From Mycobacterium tuberculosis H37Rv (GTDB lineage Bacteria; Actinomycetota; Actinomycetes; Mycobacteriales; Mycobacteriaceae), in the NCBI RefSeq assembly GCF_000195955.2, contig NC_000962.3:4320001-4352000 (forward strand): a stretch of DNA of 32,000 nt, in the 5' to 3' direction. Numbering within the stretch: position 1 is the stretch's first letter; every line of letters starts with the position of its first letter. Under the pieces are notes generated by a model. The model was not told the DNA's origin. It did no database searches and saw only the letters and a list, made by a program, of their open reading frames with translations. Position numbers and translations under genes: made by a program. This document shows, piece after piece, positions 8,401-21,478 of the stretch.

Positions 8401-9408
8401 CTAATGCGACCCGGTCCACGCCAGGAGCGTGTCGGCCGGCCAGGTGTTGACGATCCGGTCGGCGGGCACCTCCGCGTCCAAGGCGCGCTGGGCGCCGTAG
8501 CCGAGGAAGTCCAGCTGGCCGGGTGCGTGCGCGTCGGTGTCGATGCTGAACACGCAGCCGATGTCGCGCGCTAGGTGCAACAGGCGCGTCGGTGGGTCTC
8601 GGCGTTCCGGACGGGAGTTGATCTCCACGGCGGTGCCGTGCTCACGGCAGGCGGTGAACACCGCCTCTGCATCGAACTTCGATTCTGGCCGGATGCCACG
8701 ATTGCCGGCGATCAGCCGGCCGGTGCAGTGGCCCAGCACGTCGGTGTGACCGTTGGCCACGGCGCGCACCATCCGTCGCGTCATCGCTGCCGAATCCATC
8801 GACAGCTTGGAGTGCACGCTGGCCACCACGATGTCGAGGCGGTCCAGCATCTCGGGTTCCTGGTCCAAGCTCCCGTCTTCGAGGATGTCGACCTCGATCC
8901 CGGTCAGGATGCGCAGCGGCGCGAACTTCTCGCGCAGCTCGTCGATCACGTCCAGCTGCTTGCGCAACCGGTCCGGAGACAGGCCGTTGGCGATCGTCAA
9001 CCGCGGTGAGTGATCGGTCAATGCGCAGTACTGGTGACCTAGCGCCGCCGCGGTGGCCATCATCTCCTCGATCGGCGCGGACCCGTCCGACCAGTTCGAA
9101 TGCAGATGCAGATCCCCGCGCAATGCGGCACGGATCGCCCCTCCACCGAGATCCTCAGCGTCAGCGCGTAATTCAGCCAGCAGGTCCGGCTCGCGGCCAG
9201 ACCAGGCCTGGGCGATGACTTTCGCGGTTTTGGGACCGATACCCGCCAGCGACTGCCAGCTGTTGGCCTGGCCGTGCCGCTGCCGCGCCGCGTCGTCAAG
9301 GCCCTCGATAATGTCGGCGGCATTGCGATAGGCCATCACCCGCCTCGGGTCGTGGCGGTTCCGGTCCTTGTAATAGGCGATCTGCCGCAGCGCTGTTACC
9401 GGGTCCAT
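8401..9408 (-). CDS. PHP-domain phosphoesterase with N-terminal helix-hairpin-helix (Rv3856c-like)
   Basis: HhH SLAGIGPKTAKVIAQAW; PHP motifs LHLHSNWSDGSAPIEEM, ALTDHSP, DTDAHAPGQL. An alternative start at 9420 exists. Confidence 0.85.
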   Translation of the reverse strand: MDPVTALRQIAYYKDRNRHDPRRVMAYRNAADIIEGLDDAARQRHGQANSWQSLAGIGPKTAKVIAQAWSGREPDLLAELRADAEDLGGGAIRAALRGDLHLHSNWSDGSAPIEEMMATAAALGHQYCALTDHSPRLTIANGLSPDRLRKQLDVIDELREKFAPLRILTGIEVDILEDGSLDQEPEMLDRLDIVVASVHSKLSMDSAAMTRRMVRAVANGHTDVLGHCTGRLIAGNRGIRPESKFDAEAVFTACREHGTAVEINSRPERRDPPTRLLHLARDIGCVFSIDTDAHAPGQLDFLGYGAQRALDAEVPADRIVNTWPADTLLAWTGSH

Positions 9409-9416
9409 TATCGGGC

Positions 9417-9614
9417 TCACACCAGTTGCCCGAAGACGACCCCGGTGACAACCACCGCGAAGCCGGCCATTTCGCCGAGGATGAGCAACGCCATTAACAC
9501 CCCCGCACCCTTTGCGGGACGCTCGAATTGGTTCGCGGTGGCACGGCGCGCGCCATGGGTGACATAACTCGCCAACAGGATGGGTTTCGTATCAAATCCG
9601 AGGGCACAGTTCAT
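9417..9614 (-). CDS. Small putative membrane protein (Rv3857c-like)
   Basis: 65 aa with one hydrophobic segment GVLMALLILGEMAGFAVVVTGVVFGQLV. Confidence 0.5.
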   Translation of the reverse strand: MNCALGFDTKPILLASYVTHGARRATANQFERPAKGAGVLMALLILGEMAGFAVVVTGVVFGQLV

Positions 9615-10067
9615 CGCTTCACTGAGTTTAGTTGGGACCTAGGCCCAGATGCCGTCGCGGCCTGGGGCGCCATTGCCCTAGATAACAATCTGATAAAGCG
9701 GAGCAAACAAGCTGTGGTGCACACTCGGGCACGTATCAGGTTGGCTACACAGCGAAGCGCAACAGCTCTTCAGTGGTTATCGGGCGCTCGTTCTTGGCGG
9801 GGAACTCGTGGCTTTTGACCGGGTGGCGAAACCATGACCAGGCGATTCGCCCCATCCGTGACCGGGGTACTGGGTTGGTACGCACAGCGACACTCCTGCG
9901 ATCGGACAACTCGACTGGCACCTCACATTAAACCTCTATGTGACGAAGCCCACATCGACTCATTAGACACCTCGGAGCTGGCAAACAGTGAACGGCGCGC
10001 CGAGCAATTATCAAATGTTTCTGATGTGACTCTAGTGATTATTGAAGCGGTGCAGCGGTCGGCTTAA
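9528..10067 (+). pseudogene. Possible degraded ORF, one reading frame interrupted by TGA at 9816-9818
   Basis: ORFs 9528..9818 and 9834..10067 share the same frame; base composition is visibly less G+C-rich than the flanks. Confidence 0.2.
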
Positions 10068-11497
10068 CAGGCGCCGGCAGGGCACTGGAACCCATCAAGT
10101 ACCGGTCTACGGCCGCGGCAGCGGCCCGGCCCTCGGCAATCGCCCAGACGATCAATGACTGGCCCCGGCCCATGTCACCGGCTACGAACACACCAGGAAC
10201 CGAGGTGTCGAAGTCGTCGCCACGGGCCACGTTCCCACGCTCGGTGAACTTCACTCCGAGGTCGGTCAACAGGCCCGCCCGTTCCGGGCCGACGAAACCC
10301 ATCGCCAGCAACACCAGGTCGGCTTCGAGCTCGAAGTCGGAGCCCTCAACCTTGACGAACTTGCCATCCAGCATGGTCACTTCGTGTGCCCGCAGCGCGC
10401 TCACGCGCCCGTCCGTGCCGACGAACGCCTCGGTGTTGACCGAGAACACCCGCTCGCCACCCTCCTCATGCGCGGCCGATACCCGATACATCAGCGGGTA
10501 AGTCGGCCATGGGGTGGATTCGGCGCGGGCGTCCGGTGGACGCGGCATGATCTCGAACTGGTGCACGGCGATCGCGCCCTGGCGGTGCACGGTACCCAGG
10601 CAGTCCGCCCCGGTGTCGCCGCCACCGATGATGACGACCTTCTTGCCCTTTGCGGTGATCGGCGGCTGCCCGTCCTCATCGAGGACGTCATCTCCTTCTT
10701 GCACCCGGTTGGCCCACGGCAGAAACTCCATCGCCTGATGGACGCCCTCCAGCTCGCGGCCGGGAATCGGCAGCTCGCGCCAAGCGGTTGCGCCACCGGC
10801 CAATACGACCGCATCGAAATCAGCGCGCAGCTTTTCGGCGCTAATGTCGACCCCGACGTTGACGCCCGGCCGGAATTCGGTTCCTTCGGAGCGCATTTGG
10901 TCCAAACGCCGATCAAGATGCCGCTTTTCCATCTTGAATTCCGGGATGCCGTAACGCAGCAGCCCGCCGATGCGGTCTTCGCGCTCGAAAACGGTGACGG
11001 TGTGACCCGCCCGGGTGAGTTGCTGGGCGGCGGCCAAACCCGCCGGCCCCGAACCCACCACAGCAACCGTTTGCCCGGTCAGCTTCCGCGGCGGACGTGG
11101 TTGCACCCATCCTTCGTCGAAGGCCTTGTCGATGATCTCCAGCTCGATCTGCTTGATCGTCACCGGATCCTGGTTGATGCCCAGCACACACGCCGGCTCG
11201 CACGGAGCCGGGCACAACCGGCCGGTGAAGTCGGGGAAGTTGTTGGTGGCGTGCAGCCGTTCGATTGCGTCGCGCCAGCGGCCCCGGCGGACCAGATCGT
11301 TCCATTCCGGGATCAAGTTACCCAGCGGACATCCGTTGTGACAGAACGGAATGCCGCAATCCATGCAGCGGGTCGCCTGTTGGCGCAGGCTCTCGTTGTC
11401 GAATTCCTCGTAGACTTCCCGCCAGTCTCGCAGCCGCAGCGGGACCGGCCGTCGCTTCGGCAATTTCCGGTGGGTGTATTTGAGGAAGCCGCCCGGA

Positions 11498-11505
<8 letters not shown>
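10039..11505 (-). CDS. gltD: Glutamate synthase small (beta) subunit
   Basis: Start at [28 protein letters not shown] inside ORF 10039..11589; [17 protein letters not shown] Fe-S motif; [17 protein letters not shown] and [15 protein letters not shown]. Confidence 0.97.
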
Positions 11506-16081
<4,576 letters not shown>

Positions 16082-16776
16082 ACCCACCTAACCCTTCAGC
16101 AGACTTTCTGCGCGGCCGCCTTTGCGGATTCGACGGGGCCGCACCCGGAGGTAGCGGGCAAGACCCCTTCGGTCTTGTCGATAGGCTGTCCGTCAAGCGG
16201 GCGTGATCCGGTCGGGGCTTCGTCCGTGCAGCAGTGAACGCTTGGCCCTGGAATCGGACTCGACAAGTCGTAAAACGATATGACAAAACCCGCTTGACAT
16301 GCCAACTTTCCCAATACTAACTCGTCAGCCGGCGGCACCGTAGCTGCCGCGTGGCCAGCAACCGACCGTATCGTCACATGCATTTTTCCTCGTCCAAATC
16401 CGGCTGCGCTAGCTGCGTGGCGGTCTGATCGCCAGCCACAGGAAATGCTTAGATACGTTTGCTGTGAAATCCGGAGCACCGCTGTTTCGCCACTTGCGCC
16501 GGTGGGAACAACCGCCGGAACGGCGGGTATCTGTGTTGTTGCATGGCGATGCCGCCGCGACGACTACCCAGCGCAACCCCCCAGAGTTTGCGCGATCCTA
16601 AAAGGGGTCTAAAAAGGGCGTCTAGACAGCCAGCAGTCAGTCCAGGGAGCTAGCCGATACGGGACGATATTGGTCGGCGTCCGGCATGGGCGATCTTACC
16701 GTGGGGCTCATCAGCCGCGAGCTCGCCTCAGCCGGCCACCGGCGCGACAATCGATCGCCTGTCACCTGAGGAGCTT

Positions 16777-17949
16777 ATGTACGAGCGTGACGAATTCCTG
16801 CGCGATCGGATCCGACCACACCAGCCCGGCACCCCGCGGGGATACTCGCCCCGTCCGCCGTCCGGAGATCGCTGCCCCGCGCCACCGCCTGGCCGGCACG
16901 CTGCTGCCGCTACGCCACCAGGGCCGCCGCGCCTGCCTTCAGCTCCACTGCGTCCATTGCCGGACCCGGCTTGGCCACGCCAGCCGGAGGCCCCGCCACC
17001 GAGCACCTGGGCCGACCCCGCCCTGGCGCCGATACGCAGTCGGACGCGACCCGGCGAGCGTGGTTGGCGACGCATGGTGCGGCTGGTCACCTTTGGCCTT
17101 GTCGGCCTGGGCCGGTCGGGCATGCAGCGCCAGGAGGCCCAATTCGAAGCAACGATACGAACCGTCCTGCATGGCAACCACAAGGTCGCCGTGCTGGGCA
17201 AAGGAGGTGTGGGAAAGACGTCGGTTGCGGCGTGCGTCGGATCGATCCTTGCCGAACTGCGCCAGCAGGACCGTATCGTCGGGATCGACGCCGACACCGC
17301 CTTCGGCAGGCTGAGCAGCCGAATCGATCCTCGAGCAGCTGGTTCGTTCTGGGAGCTGACCACCGACACGAATCTGCGGTCCTTCACCGATATCACCGCG
17401 CGCCTGGGCCGAAATTCCGCGGGACTGTACGTCCTGGCAGGCCAGCCGGCATCCGGTCCGCGCCGGGTGCTCGATCCGGCCATCTACCGCGAAGCCGCCC
17501 TAAGGTTGGATCACCATTTCGCAATCTCGGTGATCGACTGCGGTTCCTCCATGGAGGCGGCGGTCACCCAGGAAGTATTGCGCGATGTGGATGCTCTGAT
17601 CGTGGTGTCCTCGCCCTGGGCGGATGGTGCCTCCGCTGCCGCCAACACCATCGAATGGCTGTCGGATTATGGCCTGACAGGTTTGTTGCGACGCAGCATC
17701 GTGGTGCTCAACGATTCGGACGGACACGCCGACAAGCGCACCAAGTCATTGCTGGCCCAGGAATTCATCGACCACGGGCAGCCTGTGGTCGAGGTGCCCT
17801 TCGATCCCCATTTGCGGCCCGGGGGGGTCATCGATATGAGCCACGAAATGGCCCCGACGACGCGGCTGAAAATCCTGCAGGTCGCCGCGACGGTGACGGC
17901 GTACTTCGCGTCGCGACCCGCCGACGCACACGGCAGCCCGCCCCGGTGA
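16777..17949 (+). CDS. MinD/ParA/EspI-like ATPase with Pro/Arg-rich N-terminus (Rv3860-like)
   Basis: VAVLGKGGVGKTSVAACVGSILAE deviant Walker A; VIDCGSSM; Pro-rich N-terminal ~100 aa. Confidence 0.88.
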   Translation: MYERDEFLRDRIRPHQPGTPRGYSPRPPSGDRCPAPPPGRHAAAATPPGPPRLPSAPLRPLPDPAWPRQPEAPPPSTWADPALAPIRSRTRPGERGWRRMVRLVTFGLVGLGRSGMQRQEAQFEATIRTVLHGNHKVAVLGKGGVGKTSVAACVGSILAELRQQDRIVGIDADTAFGRLSSRIDPRAAGSFWELTTDTNLRSFTDITARLGRNSAGLYVLAGQPASGPRRVLDPAIYREAALRLDHHFAISVIDCGSSMEAAVTQEVLRDVDALIVVSSPWADGASAAANTIEWLSDYGLTGLLRRSIVVLNDSDGHADKRTKSLLAQEFIDHGQPVVEVPFDPHLRPGGVIDMSHEMAPTTRLKILQVAATVTAYFASRPADAHGSPPR

Positions 17950-18272
17950 CCTGGCTGGCTGACCCGGTCGGCAACAGCAGGATCGCCCGAGCGCAGGCCT
18001 GCAAAACGTCAATCTCGGCGCCCATCGTCGAATCCTGGCGGGCGCAACGCGGCGCGCAATGTGGACAGCGCGAGAAATCTTGTCGATGTTCTCGCGCTGT
18101 CCACATCCAGGGCATCTCACCGCCACTGTTCCGCAGACCCCTCGAACCAGCGGTCCAGGCGGCGGTTGCGTCATGCCGATTGGGCAGACACCCGGTGGTC
18201 GCGCACCGGGTAACCGTTGCGCTCGGCCAGGGATCGCAGCTGGCCCAACGCGAATGCCCGCGCCCGGCCTGA
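17946..18272 (+). CDS. Doubtful hypothetical ORF (Rv3861-like), 108 aa
   Basis: GTG at 17946 overlaps the upstream stop by 4 nt, but the ORF contains a strong 18-bp hairpin and its last 102 nt are antisense to whiB6. Confidence 0.3.
   Translation: MTWLADPVGNSRIARAQACKTSISAPIVESWRAQRGAQCGQREKSCRCSRAVHIQGISPPLFRRPLEPAVQAAVASCRLGRHPVVAHRVTVALGQGSQLAQRECPRPA
18059..18106. terminator. Strong perfect hairpin between Rv3860 and convergent whiB6, candidate bidirectional terminator
   Basis: atgtggacagcgcgagaa (18059-18076) / ttctcgcgctgtccacat (18089-18106), 18-bp perfect arms, 12-nt loop atcttgtcgatg. Confidence 0.6.
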
Positions 18273-18521
18273 TTCGGGAATTACGACCCCTGCCCACAGC
18301 CCTTCCGCACCCGCGGACTCGACGGCGTCGCGTGCACACAGCCACCGGCGCGGGCAAGCCCGGCACAGGGTCTTGGCCTCGTCGTCGGGAGTCGTCGTCC
18401 AACGATCGGGATCTTGCGTGCAAACGCCGAGCGGGACCTCATACAGGGCGGTTACTGTCATGTCTACGTTCCTCCAGAAAGCGTTGCAGGTTGTAGCCTC
18501 TGCCGCGAAAGCGTATCGCAT
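18171..18521 (-). CDS. whiB6: WhiB-family Fe-S redox regulator WhiB6
   Basis: 116 aa MRYAFAAEATTCNAFWRN...GVCTQDPDRWTTTPDDEAKTLCRACPRRWLCARDAVESAGAEGLWAGVVIPES; four-Cys WhiB signature and GLWAG turn. Confidence 0.96.
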   Translation of the reverse strand: MRYAFAAEATTCNAFWRNVDMTVTALYEVPLGVCTQDPDRWTTTPDDEAKTLCRACPRRWLCARDAVESAGAEGLWAGVVIPESGRARAFALGQLRSLAERNGYPVRDHRVSAQSA

Positions 18522-18718
18522 TAACCATAGCGATGCAACAGTTTCCTCCTCTGCCTGCCTAGCGGTGCTGCGGCTCCGGTTCGGCGAGCTCCGAGCTCTA
18601 GTGCGCGCACCGCCGAGTACCAGGGCATAGATCCTGTTAATCAGCTGTGTATCTGGCCTCGCCGGCGCGTATCCGACCCCTTCGGGCAGATCTTCCAGGA
18701 AAAGTGTTCTGACATGCG

Positions 18719-18743
18719 ACAGTTCAGGTGTGAAGTGAACTGT
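18719..18743. promoter_or_regulatory. Candidate operator in the whiB6/Rv3863 divergent region
   Basis: Perfect palindrome acagttca-ggtgtgaag-tgaactgt, with a further half-site cagttc at 18749-18754. Confidence 0.4.
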
Positions 18744-18848
18744 AGCGGCAGTTCGGTTTGGCTAGGAAACTATTTCCATAGCGGGCCGTCGCGTCGCTAG
18801 ATCCAAAATGTAGCGAAGTCATAGCAGTAGAAGGGTGCAACGGTTAGG

Positions 18849-20027
18849 ATGGCGGGCGAGCGGAAAGTCTGCCCACCGTCCCGGCTAGTACCCGCGAATA
18901 AGGGATCAACGCAGATGTCTAAAGCAGGGTCGACTGTCGGACCGGCGCCGCTGGTCGCGTGCAGCGGCGGCACATCAGACGTGATTGAGCCCCGTCGCGG
19001 TGTCGCGATCATTGGCCACTCGTGCCGAGTCGGCACCCAGATCGACGATTCTCGAATCTCTCAGACACATCTGCGAGCGGTATCCGATGATGGACGGTGG
19101 CGGATCGTCGGCAACATCCCGAGAGGTATGTTCGTCGGCGGACGACGCGGCAGCTCGGTGACCGTCAGCGATAAGACCCTAATCCGATTCGGCGATCCCC
19201 CTGGAGGCAAGGCGTTGACGTTCGAAGTCGTCAGGCCGTCGGATTCCGCTGCACAGCACGGCCGCGTACAACCATCAGCGGACCTGTCGGACGACCCGGC
19301 GCACAACGCTGCGCCGGTCGCACCGGACCCCGGCGTGGTTCGCGCAGGGGCGGCCGCGGCTGCGCGCCGTCGTGAACTTGACATCAGCCAACGCAGCTTG
19401 GCGGCCGACGGGATCATCAACGCGGGCGCGCTCATCGCGTTCGAGAAAGGCCGTAGTTGGCCCCGGGAACGGACCCGGGCAAAACTCGAAGAAGTGCTGC
19501 AGTGGCCCGCTGGAACCATCGCGCGAATCCGTCGGGGCGAGCCCACCGAGCCCGCAACAAACCCCGACGCGTCCCCCGGACTCCGGCCTGCCGACGGCCC
19601 GGCGTCCTTGATCGCGCAGGCTGTCACCGCCGCCGTAGACGGCTGCAGTCTGGCTATCGCAGCGTTGCCGGCGACCGAGGACCCCGAGTTCACCGAACGT
19701 GCCGCGCCGATCCTTGCTGATTTGCGCCAGCTCGAGGCGATTGCCGTCCAAGCAACCCGCATCAGCCGGATTACCCCGGAATTGATCAAGGCGTTGGGCG
19801 CGGTACGTCGCCACCACGACGAATTAATGAGGCTGGGAGCAACCGCCCCTGGTGCCACACTGGCGCAGCGCTTATATGCCGCACGGCGGCGCGCGAACCT
19901 TTCCACCCTGGAGACTGCCCAAGCGGCCGGCGTCGCAGAAGAAATGATCGTCGGCGCCGAAGCCGAGGAAGAGTTGCCAGCCGAGGCCACCGAAGCGATC
20001 GAAGCACTGATCCGTCAGATCAATTGA
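18849..20027 (+). CDS. Hypothetical Ala-rich protein with predicted FHA-like N-terminal domain and HTH-like C-terminal segments (Rv3863-like)
   Basis: 392-aa ORF; alternative ATG at 18915. FHA-like string IDDSRISQTHLRAVSDDGRWRIVGNIPRGMFVGGRRGSSVTVSDKTLIRFGDP; HTH-like LAQRLYAARRRANLSTLETAQAAGVAEEMIVGAEAE. Confidence 0.85.
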   Translation: MAGERKVCPPSRLVPANKGSTQMSKAGSTVGPAPLVACSGGTSDVIEPRRGVAIIGHSCRVGTQIDDSRISQTHLRAVSDDGRWRIVGNIPRGMFVGGRRGSSVTVSDKTLIRFGDPPGGKALTFEVVRPSDSAAQHGRVQPSADLSDDPAHNAAPVAPDPGVVRAGAAAAARRRELDISQRSLAADGIINAGALIAFEKGRSWPRERTRAKLEEVLQWPAGTIARIRRGEPTEPATNPDASPGLRPADGPASLIAQAVTAAVDGCSLAIAALPATEDPEFTERAAPILADLRQLEAIAVQATRISRITPELIKALGAVRRHHDELMRLGATAPGATLAQRLYAARRRANLSTLETAQAAGVAEEMIVGAEAEEELPAEATEAIEALIRQIN

Positions 20028-20084
20028 GGTCGGCTCCGAGCGTCCCACAAGTACAGGCACGCCGTAACGCTCAAGTTCAACGGT

Positions 20085-20108
20085 CCGGGGAACGCGCGCG
20101 TTCTCCGG
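20085..20108. promoter_or_regulatory. Near-perfect palindrome between Rv3863 and espE (terminator or operator)
   Basis: ccggggaacgcg|cgcgttctccgg: 12-bp arms, one mismatch, no spacer. Confidence 0.35.
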
Positions 20109-20269
20109 CGTTTGACGGTGCGTTCCATCGTGCCGCGAACTTGAAAACGCCAGCGTCACCAAAAAATTCGTGCACCAACCCCCCTCCGAGCGCTGCTAAG
20201 CTCAATGTGCAGTGCAAAGGTGCAGATAATGATGGCGCACCGGAACGGCGAGCGTAAGGAAACACATAA

Positions 20270-21478
20270 ATGGCATCGGGTAGCGGTCTTTGCAAGACGA
20301 CGAGTAACTTTATTTGGGGCCAGTTACTCTTGCTTGGAGAGGGAATCCCCGACCCAGGCGACATTTTCAACACCGGTTCGTCGCTGTTCAAACAAATCAG
20401 CGACAAAATGGGACTCGCCATTCCGGGCACCAACTGGATCGGCCAAGCGGCGGAAGCTTACCTAAACCAGAACATCGCGCAACAACTTCGCGCACAGGTG
20501 ATGGGCGATCTCGACAAATTAACCGGCAACATGATCTCGAATCAGGCCAAATACGTCTCCGATACGCGCGACGTCCTGCGGGCCATGAAGAAGATGATTG
20601 ACGGTGTCTACAAGGTTTGTAAGGGCCTCGAAAAGATTCCGCTGCTCGGCCACTTGTGGTCGTGGGAGCTCGCAATCCCTATGTCCGGCATCGCGATGGC
20701 CGTTGTCGGCGGCGCATTGCTCTATCTAACGATTATGACGCTGATGAATGCGACCAACCTGAGGGGAATTCTCGGCAGGCTGATCGAGATGTTGACGACC
20801 TTGCCAAAGTTCCCCGGCCTGCCCGGGTTGCCCAGCCTGCCCGACATCATCGACGGCCTCTGGCCGCCGAAGTTGCCCGACATTCCGATCCCCGGCCTGC
20901 CCGACATCCCGGGCCTACCCGACTTCAAATGGCCGCCCACCCCCGGCAGCCCGTTGTTCCCCGACCTCCCGTCGTTCCCAGGGTTCCCCGGGTTCCCGGA
21001 GTTCCCCGCCATCCCCGGGTTCCCCGCACTGCCCGGGTTGCCCAGCATTCCCAACTTGTTCCCCGGCTTGCCGGGTCTGGGCGACCTGCTGCCCGGCGTA
21101 GGCGATTTGGGCAAGTTACCCACCTGGACTGAGCTGGCCGCTTTGCCTGACTTCTTGGGCGGCTTCGCCGGCCTGCCCAGCTTGGGTTTTGGCAATCTGC
21201 TCAGCTTTGCCAGTTTGCCCACCGTGGGTCAGGTGACCGCCACCATGGGTCAGCTGCAACAGCTCGTGGCGGCCGGCGGTGGCCCCAGCCAACTGGCCAG
21301 CATGGGCAGCCAACAAGCGCAACTGATCTCGTCGCAGGCCCAGCAAGGAGGCCAGCAGCACGCCACCCTCGTGAGCGACAAGAAGGAAGACGAGGAAGGC
21401 GTGGCCGAGGCGGAGCGTGCACCCATCGACGCTGGCACCGCGGCCAGCCAACGGGGGCAGGAGGGGACCGTCCTTTGA
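20270..21478 (+). CDS. espE: ESX-1 secretion-associated protein EspE
   Basis: 402 aa MASGSGLCKTTSNFIWGQLLLLGEGIPDPGDIF...; central Pro/Gly/Leu low-complexity tract; followed by espF-espG1-espH. Confidence 0.95.
   Translation: MASGSGLCKTTSNFIWGQLLLLGEGIPDPGDIFNTGSSLFKQISDKMGLAIPGTNWIGQAAEAYLNQNIAQQLRAQVMGDLDKLTGNMISNQAKYVSDTRDVLRAMKKMIDGVYKVCKGLEKIPLLGHLWSWELAIPMSGIAMAVVGGALLYLTIMTLMNATNLRGILGRLIEMLTTLPKFPGLPGLPSLPDIIDGLWPPKLPDIPIPGLPDIPGLPDFKWPPTPGSPLFPDLPSFPGFPGFPEFPAIPGFPALPGLPSIPNLFPGLPGLGDLLPGVGDLGKLPTWTELAALPDFLGGFAGLPSLGFGNLLSFASLPTVGQVTATMGQLQQLVAAGGGPSQLASMGSQQAQLISSQAQQGGQQHATLVSDKKEDEEGVAEAERAPIDAGTAASQRGQEGTVL
20810..21125 (+). repeat. Degenerate PGLP/PGFP-type coding repeat tract within espE
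   Basis: Encodes FPGLPGLPSLPDIIDGLWPPKLPDIPIPGLPDIPGLPDF...FPGFPGFPEFPAIPGFPALPGLPSIPNLFPGLPGLGDLLPGVGDLGKLP. Confidence 0.85.

Noticed and set aside
16971-18272. 433-aa + strand ORF overlapping Rv3860
   Set aside because: It is an alternate frame of the MinD-like gene; the protein lacks recognisable motifs while the overlapping frame encodes GKGGVGKTS.
19061-19990. 309-aa minus-strand ORF antisense to Rv3863
   Set aside because: High-GC antisense shadow ORF; Ser/Ala/Arg-rich composition with no domain.
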